A DNA stretch of 64,000 bases. Source: an uncultured Candidatus Binatia bacterium. Lineage in GTDB: Bacteria > Desulfobacterota > Binatia > UBA9968 > CAXXLF01. The stretch covers positions 2,336,001 through 2,400,000 of the forward strand of contig OZ244621.1 in NCBI GenBank assembly GCA_965218425.1. The letters are read 5' to 3'. Both the position numbers and the translations under genes were made by a program. Shown here in pieces: positions 30,748 through 43,926 of this stretch. Every line of letters begins with the position of its first letter. Position 1 is the first letter of the stretch. The notes below the pieces were generated by a model. That model was not told where the DNA came from, did no database searches, and worked only from the letters and a program-made list of their open reading frames with translations.

Positions 30748-31671
30748 TTACTGGATCTTGCCAGCGTAGATGTCCATGACGGTTCTCAGTAACTTTAGCG
30801 CGTCGGACCGTGGCCGTTGGAAGGAATTTCTTCCGATGATGGACCCAAAGCCACCCCCATCCCGGATGGCCCGGACTTCTCCTAGAACGGCGCTGTCTTC
30901 GCCTTTGGGTCCTCCGGAAAAGATCAATATACGGCGTCCGTTAAAGGCGCTCTGTACCACATGACGGATTCGGTCTGCCAGGGTTTCGATGGGCACTTTA
31001 TTCTTGAGATAGATGTCCTGTGCAGCTTTTTGCTCGATATGGGTGGTTGGGGGTTTGACCTTGATGATGTGGGCTCCCATTTGAGCTGCAATTTGTGCCG
31101 CGTAAGCGGTCACGTCGATGGCGGTTTCGCCCTCTTTGCTTAGACCGGATCCCCTGGGATAAGACCATACAATCATTGCCAGACCTGCAGCCTTGGCCTC
31201 GGCTGCGATTTCACGAAGCGTACGGTACATCTCCAGGCGTTGCGAGGACCCGGGGTAGATGGTGTAACCGACACCCACGCAACCAAGCCTCTGGGCGTCC
31301 CTGACGCTGCCGGTGACGGCCTGATCGGGGTCCTTTTCCTCCATTAACGAGTCACGATTGTTGAGCTTTAGGATTAACGGTATCTCGCCGGCGAACTCTG
31401 CTGCTCCTCCCATCAGAAATCCAAGGGGAGCCGCGTAAGCGTTGCAGCCGGCGTCTATGGCCATCTCGAAGTGATAGTGAGGATCATAGGATGGCTCGTT
31501 GGGTGCGAAGCTCCTCCCCGGTCCATGCTCGAACCCCTGGTCCACGGGAAGTATCACCATTTTTCCAGTGCCACCCAAGGTCCCGTGGTTGAGCATCCGT
31601 GCGAGGTTGGTGAGCACGCCGGCGTTCTCTCCAGCATACCCGCCAAGAATTTCTCTTACTCGTGGTGTCAT
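30748..31671 (-). CDS. fbaB: Class I fructose-bisphosphate aldolase (DhnA/FbaB type)
   Basis: ILPVDQGFEHGP, GYTIYPGS, WSYPRG, AHIIKVK, SIIGRNSFQR. Confidence 0.9.
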   Translation of the reverse strand: MTPRVREILGGYAGENAGVLTNLARMLNHGTLGGTGKMVILPVDQGFEHGPGRSFAPNEPSYDPHYHFEMAIDAGCNAYAAPLGFLMGGAAEFAGEIPLILKLNNRDSLMEEKDPDQAVTGSVRDAQRLGCVGVGYTIYPGSSQRLEMYRTLREIAAEAKAAGLAMIVWSYPRGSGLSKEGETAIDVTAYAAQIAAQMGAHIIKVKPPTTHIEQKAAQDIYLKNKVPIETLADRIRHVVQSAFNGRRILIFSGGPKGEDSAVLGEVRAIRDGGGFGSIIGRNSFQRPRSDALKLLRTVMDIYAGKIQ

Positions 31672-31743
31672 TCTCTACTCCTTCCCCGCCTGAGGCGGGC
31701 GCTTCTTGAGTCTTTAATTGCAATCTAAGTGCAATTTCTAATT

Positions 31744-32517
31744 TTATGAAAGGGTTTGTCCACTGCTGTCAAGTCCGCCCGTGGCCGCCTCATCCATCAT
31801 CCAGATTACGTTTCCTCCAGTCGGTTGAATAAGCTGGGCTGGGAGCCCTTCGAGATCCTTTGGTCCATTCAGTACCGCATGAAGGGCTTGAGCCTTATCA
31901 GCCCCCGCCACCAGGAAAAGGATCGTTTTCGCCCTATTGAGAATGGACGCCGTCATGGTAATTCGACTCGTGTTGAGCTTTGGGACGTGGTTTCGTGATA
32001 CCCAGCGTCGTCCCTCCATGACAGCATTGGTGTGAGGGAAAAGAGATGCTGTATGACCATCCGGTCCGAGGCCCAATAGTATCAGATCAAAAGAGGGCGG
32101 CTCCCCCTGATCGGAGACTCCGAAGGCTTGGGCGATCTCGGTTTGATAGTCCCTGGCGGCGGACTCTTGGTCCTCGCGCTCGGCTTGCATGCGGTGGATT
32201 TGCTTAAGAGGAATTTTGAGCCTTTGAAGCAGTGCTTTGTTGGCCATATTGAAATTCGAGTCAGGATGATCAGGGGCCACTGTTCGTTCGTCTCCCCAGA
32301 AGAACTCCACCTTTTCCCATTCCACCTTATCACGGTTCGGTGGCTCGGCCAGCAATTGGAACAGTCGTCGCGGCGTGGATCCGCCGGATAGAACCACTCT
32401 AAATTGCCCGCCGTGGGCGGTTACGCTGCGGGCAATTTGGATGAACTTTTCTGCTGCCGCGTGGCTGAGATGCTCTGGGTCTGGAAATTTTTCCAATGCT
32501 ACGCCTAAACGCCTCAT
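31744..32517 (-). CDS. pgl: 6-phosphogluconolactonase
   Basis: LSGGSTP, FWGDER, DSN, LLGLGPDGHTASLFP, RITMT. Confidence 0.95.
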   Translation of the reverse strand: MRRLGVALEKFPDPEHLSHAAAEKFIQIARSVTAHGGQFRVVLSGGSTPRRLFQLLAEPPNRDKVEWEKVEFFWGDERTVAPDHPDSNFNMANKALLQRLKIPLKQIHRMQAEREDQESAARDYQTEIAQAFGVSDQGEPPSFDLILLGLGPDGHTASLFPHTNAVMEGRRWVSRNHVPKLNTSRITMTASILNRAKTILFLVAGADKAQALHAVLNGPKDLEGLPAQLIQPTGGNVIWMMDEAATGGLDSSGQTLS

Positions 32518-32567
32518 GGTTCCCGTAGTGTATCATCGAGCGGGATAGTTACGCGAGTTGTAACCTC

Positions 32568-33551
32568 CTAACCCCCGGTGGGGAGCTCCACATGGCCGCC
32601 GAACTTGTAACGCATGGCGGACAATACCTTTTCCGCAAACGTATGCTCCTGTCGTGAACGGAAACGCGCATAGAGGGAGGATGAGAGAACGTCCGCAGGC
32701 ACCGCCTCTTCCACTGCTGCCTGTACCGTCCAACGCCCTTCTCCCGAATCCTGTACGAATCCGGAAAAGTCGGCGAGGGTTGGGCTTTCAAGCATGGCCA
32801 TGGCTGTTAGGTCAAGCAGCCAAGAACTTATCACGCTGCCCCGCCGCCAAACCTCTGCGATATCTGCTGTATTGAGATCGTATCGCAGATCTTCCGGTAG
32901 CTCCTTGGTGTTGGCATTGTGTAGGATGTCAAATCCTTCCGCGTAAGCCTGCATGAGACCGTACTCGATGCCATTGTGAATCATCTTTACGAAGTGTCCT
33001 GAGCCCGCCGGTCCGCAGTGCAAGTATCCCTCTTCCGGGCCTGCGGTTTTTTCAGTCCGTCCCGGCGTCCGCTCAATGTCCCCGCGACCGGGTGCAAGGC
33101 TCTTGAAAATTGGGTCCAGGTGATGGACGACCTGCTTAGGACCGCCTATCATCATGCAGTATCCGCGCTCCAATCCCCAGATCCCACCACTGGTGCCCAC
33201 GTCCACGTAGTGAAGTCCTTTTTGCTGTAAGATCTTGGCCCTGCGGACATCATCTTTAAAGTTGGAATTGCCCCCGTCGATAATGATGTCTCCAGACTCC
33301 AATTGTTCAGCCAGGGAGAACACGGTCTTTTCGGTGGGTTCTCCGGCAGGAACCATCACCCAGACCACCCGGGGCTTATTGAGTTTCCCTACGAAATCAT
33401 CCAGTGACGTGGCCCCCTGGGATCCCTCCTTTACCAGCTCTTTCACATTTTCAGGATTTAGGTCAAAGGAGACACAGAAATGCCCCCCACGCATCAGACG
33501 CCGCACAATGTTAGAGCCCATACGGCCCAAACCCACCATACCTAGTTGCAT
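32568..33551 (-). CDS. gnd: 6-phosphogluconate dehydrogenase, decarboxylating (short type)
   Basis: [47 protein letters not shown]. Confidence 0.95.
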   Translation of the reverse strand: MQLGMVGLGRMGSNIVRRLMRGGHFCVSFDLNPENVKELVKEGSQGATSLDDFVGKLNKPRVVWVMVPAGEPTEKTVFSLAEQLESGDIIIDGGNSNFKDDVRRAKILQQKGLHYVDVGTSGGIWGLERGYCMMIGGPKQVVHHLDPIFKSLAPGRGDIERTPGRTEKTAGPEEGYLHCGPAGSGHFVKMIHNGIEYGLMQAYAEGFDILHNANTKELPEDLRYDLNTADIAEVWRRGSVISSWLLDLTAMAMLESPTLADFSGFVQDSGEGRWTVQAAVEEAVPADVLSSSLYARFRSRQEHTFAEKVLSAMRYKFGGHVELPTGG

Positions 33552-33554
33552 ATT

Positions 33555-34313
33555 CTATTCTCCTTTCGCGTCTTTGAATCCGTGATGAATGGCTTGTTGC
33601 CTCCGATTTGGTGTTCTAGACCCTTTCCCTGGAACTCGCTGCTTGATCTCAACAGATTCACCGTTCTGAACCACGACGGTGTCTGTCATACCTAAAAACA
33701 GTCCGGTCCCCACAACGCCGGGGATAGCCAATACGGATCTTTCTATGGACGCCGCATCAGCCATGGCGCTAACGGTGCAATCCAGAATATAATTGCCGTT
33801 ATCGGTGACAAATACCTTGCCGTCCTGCAGACGTGGCTTTGAAGGATAGCCCAGCTCTGCCAGGCGCCGGCGGCAATGGGAGAGGCCAAAGGGAATAACC
33901 TCCACGGGTAAAATTCCGCGGGACCCCAACTCGGGAACAAGTTTTGTGGAGTCCACCAGGATCACCAACCGGTTGGAAGCCGCGGCCACGATCTTTTCGC
34001 GTAACAAGGCACCGCCGTAGCCTTTAATGAGATCCAGATTCGGATCCACTTCATCTGCACCATCGACGCTGATGTCGATGGAATTGACCTGTTCCAGGCT
34101 CGCCAGTGAAATGCCGAGCTCCGTAGCCATCTCCTGCGTTGCTTGAGATGTGGGCACACAGCGGATTCGCAATCCTGATTTCACACGCTGACCCAGGAGA
34201 CCCACGAAAGTGAACGCTGCCCTCCCAGAGCCCAGACCCACCACGTTGCCCTCCTGTATCCATTGCAGAGCGCGTTCAGCCGCCAGATTGGATTTCGATT
34301 TGGATTCCATCAC
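33555..34313 (-). CDS. rpiA: Ribose-5-phosphate isomerase A
   Basis: VGLGSG, DGADEVD, IKGYGGALLREK, TDNGNYILD. Confidence 0.95.
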   Translation of the reverse strand: MMESKSKSNLAAERALQWIQEGNVVGLGSGRAAFTFVGLLGQRVKSGLRIRCVPTSQATQEMATELGISLASLEQVNSIDISVDGADEVDPNLDLIKGYGGALLREKIVAAASNRLVILVDSTKLVPELGSRGILPVEVIPFGLSHCRRRLAELGYPSKPRLQDGKVFVTDNGNYILDCTVSAMADAASIERSVLAIPGVVGTGLFLGMTDTVVVQNGESVEIKQRVPGKGSRTPNRRQQAIHHGFKDAKGE

Positions 34314-34365
34314 CGTAATGAATCAACCAATGGTGTCATCCTCATGTCAGAGTGATAAGAGTTGC

Positions 34366-37233
<2,868 letters not shown>

Positions 37234-37284
37234 TTTCAGCCTCCCTGTTGATACACCGTTTTTATACAGGCTAGTGGTCGGGAT

Positions 37285-38667
37285 TCAATCCTCCGCCCTC
37301 ACCTTGTTATAACCATCCAGTGCAGCCACTCTGTAGCACTCGGCAAAGGTGGGGTAGTTGAAAGTGTTTTCGATAAAGTAGTCGATGGTTCCCTCGTAGG
37401 CGAGCACCGCCTGACCGATGTGGATGATCTCAGTGGCCCCCTGGCCGATGGCGTGGACGCCCAGGAGCCTGCGTGAATCAGGATCAAAAAGCAACTTCAG
37501 CATTCCCACCTTATCACCGAGGATCTGTCCCCGGGCAATCTCACGGTAGCGGGCCACACCAATCTCATAGGGAGTGCGTTGCTCGGTAAGTTGTTGTTCG
37601 TTTTTTCCCACCAGTGATATCTCGGGCACCGTGTAGATTCCATAGGGGATCAGGTGGGGGCGGTCGTGGGTTGGAGCGCCGAAGGCATGGCAGGCCGCCA
37701 GCCGTCCCTGCTCCATGGAAGAAGAGGCAAGGCTTGGGAAGCCGATCACATCCCCCGCCGCATAAATATGCGGAACTTTGGTTTGGAAGTGCTCGTTCAC
37801 CGTGATCCGTCCACGATGGTCCGTTGCAATCCCCAGTGCTTCGAGGCCTAGTAACCGAGTTGCCCCTTGTCTCCCCACGGCATACAGAAGTGCATCGGAA
37901 AGCAGCTTCTTACCACTTCGAAAAGTCGTGCGCACCCTGCCCTTTGAAGTCTTTTCGATGGCCACTACCTCTTTGTCGAAGGTAAGCGTTACCCCGATAT
38001 CCCGCATGTGATAGGCGAGGGCCTCGGCGATCTCGTTGTCCACGAAGTCCAGAAGACGTGATGTCTGATCAATTAAGGTGACTTCAATGTCGAGAAGGGC
38101 AAGAATGCTTGCGTATTCGGTGCCGATGACTCCGGCCCCCACCACCACAAGAGAACGCGGGAGTCGGGAGAAGGTATCGAGACCCTCAGCGTCGATGATC
38201 AGATTGTCTTCAAAGGGAACCACGTCCGGGCGGGTGGGAACAGTTCCCGTTGCGATCAGAAAACTGTCTGCATTGAGCAGACGGCTGCTGCCACGGATTT
38301 TCAAAGTGTGAAGGTCGGAAAAATAGGAGTCTCCCTCCACCACCTCCACATGGTTTCTCTCTAGCTGCCTGAAGACCACCCGGGTTTCGTTCTCTACCAC
38401 CGCTTCGCATCGATGCATTAAGTCCTGCATGGTCAGGTCTTTTTTCTCGTATGCAGCATAGGCTTGCCGGTGGTAGAAACCGGTATAGTAAAGAACCGCT
38501 TCGCGCAGGGTCTTGCTGGGGATGGCCCCCTGTTGTATACAGCTGCCGCCGAGGGAATGGGGGCGATCGATTATGACGACCCGTTTGCCAAGCTTGGCAG
38601 CTTGGATGGCCGCCTTCTGCCCCGCGGGACCCGACCCAATGACTGCTAGATCGTACCGTTCGTTCAT
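37285..38667 (-). CDS. sthA: Soluble (Si-specific) NAD(P)+ transhydrogenase
   Basis: GSGPAGQKAAIQAAK, IPSKTLREAV, GAGVIGTEY, GDVIGFPSLAS, GIYTVPEIS, FNYPTFAECYRVAALD; alternative GTG start at 38685. Confidence 0.9.
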   Translation of the reverse strand: MNERYDLAVIGSGPAGQKAAIQAAKLGKRVVIIDRPHSLGGSCIQQGAIPSKTLREAVLYYTGFYHRQAYAAYEKKDLTMQDLMHRCEAVVENETRVVFRQLERNHVEVVEGDSYFSDLHTLKIRGSSRLLNADSFLIATGTVPTRPDVVPFEDNLIIDAEGLDTFSRLPRSLVVVGAGVIGTEYASILALLDIEVTLIDQTSRLLDFVDNEIAEALAYHMRDIGVTLTFDKEVVAIEKTSKGRVRTTFRSGKKLLSDALLYAVGRQGATRLLGLEALGIATDHRGRITVNEHFQTKVPHIYAAGDVIGFPSLASSSMEQGRLAACHAFGAPTHDRPHLIPYGIYTVPEISLVGKNEQQLTEQRTPYEIGVARYREIARGQILGDKVGMLKLLFDPDSRRLLGVHAIGQGATEIIHIGQAVLAYEGTIDYFIENTFNYPTFAECYRVAALDGYNKVRAED

Positions 38668-38782
38668 CCTTATATAATTATCCACCTAATGCGGGAAAAG
38701 ACCAAGGCCCGTGGGCCTCATAGGCCGAGGTTGAATCCGGATGATGTTTTAAGATGGGTACAAAACAGGGGGGCGATGGGGT

Positions 38783-39199
38783 CTATTTCCCGGTCTCGCC
38801 CTCGGCTACTTGGATACGTACCAGCGCACGTCGAAGGGCAGCTTGAGCGACGCTGAACTCCTGGTTCTCAGGGTTCAAATCCTCCATCCTTTTTTCCGCC
38901 TTTTCCCGCGCGCTCCTTGCCCGTTCTACGTCGATTTCGCCCGCATACTCGGCGGCATCGGCCAGCACGGTCATTTCATTGTCGAGGACTTCGGTATACC
39001 CGCCGCTTAGGGCAAGGCGGATTCGATCTGCCCCCGCCTTATAGCTCATTTCTCCAATATCCAGCGTGGTTAGGAAGGCAATGTGATTTGGTAATACCCC
39101 CAACTCACCCGGAGTGCCTGGTACCGTAACTTCATCCACCTCCTGCTCCAGTAGGAGCCTGCTGGGTGTGACCAATTTCAATAGGACCTTTTCAGCCAT
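38783..39199 (-). CDS. atpC: F0F1 ATP synthase epsilon subunit (stand-alone copy)
   Basis: LKLVTP, EVDEVTVPG..GELGVLPNH, LSGGYTEV, VLADAAE..EIDVERA, LRRALVR. Confidence 0.93.
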   Translation of the reverse strand: MAEKVLLKLVTPSRLLLEQEVDEVTVPGTPGELGVLPNHIAFLTTLDIGEMSYKAGADRIRLALSGGYTEVLDNEMTVLADAAEYAGEIDVERARSAREKAEKRMEDLNPENQEFSVAQAALRRALVRIQVAEGETGK

Positions 39200-39428
39200 G
39201 AGAATTTAACCAATCTTTGAGTAAATTTGGTGCGACCGTTGATTCTAAGGGAAGCAGGGGCAGCGGTCAATGGCATTTCCGAGTCTGTCCTTTTTCTGCT
39301 TCAAGGACAGGCTACCATTCCTCCCATAGGACGCGGGTACGTAAATGTGCACAAATGTACCTTGGCGGGTCAAAAAGTAAAGAGGAAAATTTAGGATTAA
39401 ACTCGGAACGGAATGAGATCCATTGTAG

Positions 39429-39726
39429 ATGGGCGAGCTCGAAAGAGGAAGAAAACGGGTAGTCATTGAGGGGGTCCGACCAGAGATCGATGGGGGACGT
39501 TTCCCTGTGAAGCGAGTCGTGGGGAAAGGGTCACGGTCGAGGCGGACATCTACGCGGACGGGCATGATGCCATTTCTGCTGTGCTCAGTATCAAAAAGAA
39601 GGGGACGTACAATGGGAAGAGGTTCCCATGGTGCTCCTGGACAACGACCGTTGGCGTGGTGATTTTGAGGTTTCGGAAGTTGGCTGTTATCGCTTCCATT
39701 TTCGGAACCAACGGTTCCGAGGGTGA
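39429..39726 (+). pseudogene. glgE: N-terminal remnant of maltosyltransferase GlgE
   Basis: RVVIEGVRPEIDGGRFPVKRVVG / VTVEADIYADGHDAISAV / WEEVPMVLLDNDRWRGDFEV across two frameshifts; truncated. Confidence 0.8.
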
Positions 39727-39788
39727 AGACGGTTGATCCCTAGATAACGTGATCTTTCTCGGCGAGTTGCGAGATTTTCCTGCCGTTC

Positions 39789-41408
39789 CTAGGCGGTAGT
39801 GCGGATGACCATATCAGTTAACTGACGCCACTCCGTTTGAGTGCCTTCCATCAGACGATTTGCCTGTTCCGGCCCATCGGTAAACGGGTAATAATTGGGA
39901 AACTGCGGGGGAGGAAGGTTGGCCCAGCCCTGGAGGACGGATGTGATGAACCTCCAGCTATACTCCACTTCGTCCGATCGAGTGAAAAGGGAGGCATCTC
40001 CCCGTAGGGCGTCCAGTAAGAGACGTTCGTAAGCCTCCGGGGAGCGCTGTTGAAAACCATGCTTGTATAGAAAATCCATGTTAACTTCTGAAAGTATGAT
40101 TCGCATGCCCGGCTGCTTGCAGGCAAAGGAAAGGCTGATCCCCTCATCGGGTTGGATCCTGAGCACCAGCACGTTGGTATAGGCTTTTACGGGCGCCATG
40201 TCGTTATCGTCGGGAAGTTGCTGGAAGAGATGGAGGGGTGGACGCTTGAACTCCACAGCGATCTCGGACACTCGATTGCGCAACCGCTTACCCGTGCGCA
40301 GAAAGAACGGAACGCCGGCCCAGCGCCAGTTGTCGATTTTGGTGCGAAGCGCCACATAGGTCTCCATCACGGAATTTGCCTCCACCTCTTCTTCTTGACG
40401 GTAGCCCTTCACAGGCTTCCCGTTCAATTCGCCGATCCCGTACTGACCGCGAACCGTGGATGCGGCCACTTCACTGCGTGTGAGAGGAACCAAAGCGCGC
40501 AACACTTTGACCTTTTCATCCCGAATGGATTGCGGTTCCAGGGAGCTGGGGGGTTCCATGGCAATCAAGCAGAGCAGTTGCAGCATGTGGTTTTGCACGA
40601 TGTCTCGGAGCGCCCCTGCGGTATCGTAAAACGCGCCGCGGCGTCCTTCCATCCCTAAGGTTTCCGCCACGGTGATCTGGACGTTATCAATATATTTTTG
40701 GTTAAATAGGGGTTCGAATATGGAATTCCCGAATCGAAAACTCAAAATGTTCTGGACCGTCTCCTTGCCCAGGTAATGGTCAATTCGATAGATTTGACTC
40801 TCTTCCAGAGACTCCTTGATGTCCCGGTTAAGCTTACGGCCACTGGCCAAATCGCGGCCGAAGGGTTTTTCGATGATGACCCTTGACCAGATCTTCTCCC
40901 GTGCGCCGCAGATGAGACCGGCCTCACAAAGATTGTGAATAATCGTGGGAAAGAACTGCGGGGCCACGGAGAGATAAAAAAGCCGGTTGCCGGGCAGATC
41001 GAACTTTTTATCTAACTGCTCGAGTTTTTCCTTTAGTTTTTTAAAGGACTCCAGCTCATTGTTATTCCCTGCCTGGTAGTGCAAGGCGCGCACCGAGGGG
41101 CTATCGACACTAATCGTTTTCTCTCCTTGTGGGATTCGCTGTTTAATTTCCCCTACCATTGCCTCCCTATAGGCTTCATCAGACATTTCCGTTCTGGAAA
41201 ATCCCACCACGGCGTAACGGTCCGGAAGGTAGTTGGACTCCTGGAGCTGGTAAAGGGCTGGGATCAACATCCTCTTGCTTAGGTCGCCGGAGGCGCCGAA
41301 AATGACCACCGCCACTGGATCTTTGGCCCGAAAGAGTTCATGACCGGCATCCACGGTCCCCGAAGAACTAATGTGCACCGATGCTTTGATTCCAGCGGGA
41401 TCATCCAT
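39789..41408 (-). CDS. zwf: Glucose-6-phosphate 1-dehydrogenase
   Basis: IFGASGDL, IEKPFG, RIDHYLGKETVQN, DIVQNHMLQ, RWAGVPF, AYERLL. Confidence 0.97.
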   Translation of the reverse strand: MDDPAGIKASVHISSSGTVDAGHELFRAKDPVAVVIFGASGDLSKRMLIPALYQLQESNYLPDRYAVVGFSRTEMSDEAYREAMVGEIKQRIPQGEKTISVDSPSVRALHYQAGNNNELESFKKLKEKLEQLDKKFDLPGNRLFYLSVAPQFFPTIIHNLCEAGLICGAREKIWSRVIIEKPFGRDLASGRKLNRDIKESLEESQIYRIDHYLGKETVQNILSFRFGNSIFEPLFNQKYIDNVQITVAETLGMEGRRGAFYDTAGALRDIVQNHMLQLLCLIAMEPPSSLEPQSIRDEKVKVLRALVPLTRSEVAASTVRGQYGIGELNGKPVKGYRQEEEVEANSVMETYVALRTKIDNWRWAGVPFFLRTGKRLRNRVSEIAVEFKRPPLHLFQQLPDDNDMAPVKAYTNVLVLRIQPDEGISLSFACKQPGMRIILSEVNMDFLYKHGFQQRSPEAYERLLLDALRGDASLFTRSDEVEYSWRFITSVLQGWANLPPPQFPNYYPFTDGPEQANRLMEGTQTEWRQLTDMVIRTTA

Positions 41409-41568
41409 GGGGGATCTTCCTCCTCATTAGTATCGAAATCTGAAAAATAGGGAATCGAACCCTTCCTGAGGTATGATACATGGTCTCAAAAGAGCTGTCG
41501 AGGTACCTATCCAGAGGGATGGTTTAATATAAAGCGGAGTTCATCTCCATCCATGGGGTTCACCCAAG

Positions 41569-41597
41569 TTGACAGATATTGGATGGGTGGATATTCT
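41569..41597 (+). promoter_or_regulatory. Putative sigma70 promoter
   Basis: TTGACA-N17-TATTCT upstream of the VOC gene. Confidence 0.55.
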
Positions 41598-41656
41598 CTA
41601 ATACGAGTCGGCGGGTGTTGACCTCCGCTGATGCATCTAACCTAGAGGGTTCGATT

Positions 41657-42076
41657 ATGGGAATTCACCAAGCAATTCTCGGACATGTGGTCCTAAACGT
41701 TGGCAATCTCGAGCAGTCGGAAGAGTTTTACCGAGACATTCTGGGCATGATGGTCTCGGCAAGAAACCCGAGAACGAGAATGTCCTTTTTGAGCTTTGGC
41801 CAAGAGCATCACGACGTGGCCCTCTCTGAATTGCCCAGAGAAGCGAAAAGGATTTCGGGCGAGGAGTTCCCCGGCATGCACCATTTCTGTGTCTATGTGA
41901 GAACCCCCGAAGAAGTGGATGCTCTTGTCCCTGTTCTTAGGAAGAAAGGCGTAAGCATTGTTAGCGGCCCGGAAAATCTCGAGGTGGCAGGAAACCGCTC
42001 GGTGAGTTTCCTGGATCCAGACGGCAACCGGCTCGAGGTTGCCTGCAACGCGAACAAGTTTGAGGGAAAGACATGA
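41657..42076 (+). CDS. VOC/glyoxalase family protein
   Basis: LGHVVLNV, FYRDILG, EHHDVAL, GMHHFCV, SFLDPDGNRLEV. Confidence 0.88.
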   Translation: MGIHQAILGHVVLNVGNLEQSEEFYRDILGMMVSARNPRTRMSFLSFGQEHHDVALSELPREAKRISGEEFPGMHHFCVYVRTPEEVDALVPVLRKKGVSIVSGPENLEVAGNRSVSFLDPDGNRLEVACNANKFEGKT

Positions 42077-42120
42077 TAGACTTTAAATTGTGGCAGAATC
42101 ATCAGTGAGGGCTGGGGAAT

Positions 42121-42678
42121 ATGGATTTGCTTTCTACCTATAACCTCAAGCGCTGGGTGAAAGAGAACGCCCATCTGTTCAACCCGCCATTCAAGACGAA
42201 CCGAGTGTTGGCCTGTCATCAAGATTTCATTGTGATGATCCTGCGAGGTCCCAATACCAGGTTGGATTTTCACGTCGAGGAGGGTGAAGAGTTTTTCTAC
42301 CAGATCGAGGGTGATATCGAGTTCCATATCAAATCTCCAGATGACCGTCGTCAAGTGGTAAAAATTCGCGAGGGGGAGGTGTTTTTATGTCCTGGCAGGC
42401 TGCCCCACTCCCCGCGGCGCGAGGCAGGAACCTGGGGACTGGTCATTGAACGTAAAAGGCGTCCGGAAGAGATGGAAGAGTTTGTGTGGTTCTGTGAGAA
42501 GTGTGATGAAAAGGTGCATTCTCAGGCGGTGGCTCAAGGAGACATCGCCGCGCAGGTTGGCCGAATCTATGAGGCCTTTAACTCGGATGCCAAGTTACGT
42601 ACCTGCGCAGCCTGTGGCTTCGTTTTTCCCCGGACTCCCATGTCTGAGAGACTTGGGTTTTTGGAGTCGAAATCCTAA
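42121..42678 (+). CDS. nbaC: 3-hydroxyanthranilate 3,4-dioxygenase-like cupin
   Basis: GPNTRLDFH..EEFFYQIEG, PHSPRR, GLVIERKR, WFCEKC and RTCAACG rubredoxin-like pair. Confidence 0.85.
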   Translation: MDLLSTYNLKRWVKENAHLFNPPFKTNRVLACHQDFIVMILRGPNTRLDFHVEEGEEFFYQIEGDIEFHIKSPDDRRQVVKIREGEVFLCPGRLPHSPRREAGTWGLVIERKRRPEEMEEFVWFCEKCDEKVHSQAVAQGDIAAQVGRIYEAFNSDAKLRTCAACGFVFPRTPMSERLGFLESKS

Positions 42679-42794
42679 AAGCCCTCCAGGTAAGGGCGAA
42701 CTCCGCAGGGAACTAAGATCTCTCGCCGTCATCCAGTTCCTATGCCCTAGCTGTTTTCCAAATGAAGCCGGGTTAGCCGAACAGGGAGGATCTA

Positions 42795-43478
42795 ATGAGA
42801 AAATACGGTCTCGCTCACGTGGTAGGAATATTGGGAATTCTACTCCTTTCCCTGTCCACCTTCGCCCAATCTCCCGTCCGTACCGAATCCCTTTCACCCA
42901 CGCCCCAGGCACCGCAAGAAAGGCCTGGGGAAGAAGGAACTGTAAGAGCCACTTTGGATGCCCAGGTCCGCCCTGCACAGGTCCCTAGAGCCCCCAGGGG
43001 GTGGTCCATTGAGCTTGAAGCCACAAAAACCCCGCAGGCACAGCCTTTGGAGGTGGCCGAAGGGTCCCGATGGTACGTTGGCATTGGCGTGTTACTGATC
43101 CTTTCTCTTCTGGGAAACGCTTTTCAGCTTTATCGACAGAGCCTATATGGTAAAACCATTGGAAACCAACTCGTCTCCACATTCAATAGCATTGCCTGGT
43201 CATTGACCAGGTGTACCGGTAAAACGAGGGAGCTGGATGAAAGATTGACCGGCCAAAAGATCGCCGAGCCGGTCCTATTGAAGGAGTTCCGTGAGTTCAC
43301 TGTGGATTCCGAGTTCATTCTCCGGGCGCTCAACGAACAGTTGATTTCAGTGGCACGGAACCTCAGGCGAAAAGACCAAAGGTGGGGAGAAGGTCAATTT
43401 GGCCACTCCCCCGAGGAGATTGAAAAGCTGCGAAGGGTAAATACTGAGCGGTCGTTGGAGCGATCACAGACCGCGTGA
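42795..43478 (+). CDS. Hypothetical exported/membrane protein
   Basis: GGGAGG RBS, signal peptide, Pro-rich linker, one TM, helical C-terminal domain. Confidence 0.7.
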   Translation: MRKYGLAHVVGILGILLLSLSTFAQSPVRTESLSPTPQAPQERPGEEGTVRATLDAQVRPAQVPRAPRGWSIELEATKTPQAQPLEVAEGSRWYVGIGVLLILSLLGNAFQLYRQSLYGKTIGNQLVSTFNSIAWSLTRCTGKTRELDERLTGQKIAEPVLLKEFREFTVDSEFILRALNEQLISVARNLRRKDQRWGEGQFGHSPEEIEKLRRVNTERSLERSQTA

Positions 43479-43569
43479 TGGGGACCGTGCCCAGCCGGAA
43501 ACGATGCAAAATGGTCCCAACTTAACACATGGAGAGGGGCCTAAAAATTCTTTGGGGGAAATTAGAATC

Positions 43570-43926
43570 ATGAGGCTAGCAGGACTTGGCAATTTACTGC
43601 GTTTGGGACCGCAACGGCTCCTATTGTCTCTGGTTCATCTTCCGAACTTCTTCAAACTCTTCTGGCGACTCTTCAAGGATGGACGGGTTGGGCTCACGCC
43701 CAAGCTGCTTCTCCTTCTTCTTGTGGCCTACGTGGTGATGCCGGTGGATCTATTGCCGGACCTTCTGCCAGGATTGGGTCAGTTGGACGATCTGTTACTG
43801 GTCTTCCTCGGACTGAAGGGCTTTATCTGGCTTTGCCCGCGGGAGGTTGTCCGGGAGCATGTCAGGGCCATTGCAGCCAATGAGACCGTGCGCAGGCCAG
43901 GAAGGAAACAGTACAGGAAACCGTGA
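43570..43926 (+). CDS. DUF1232/YkvA family membrane protein
   Basis: AYVVMPVDLLPDLLPGLGQLDDL. Confidence 0.88.
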   Translation: MRLAGLGNLLRLGPQRLLLSLVHLPNFFKLFWRLFKDGRVGLTPKLLLLLLVAYVVMPVDLLPDLLPGLGQLDDLLLVFLGLKGFIWLCPREVVREHVRAIAANETVRRPGRKQYRKP

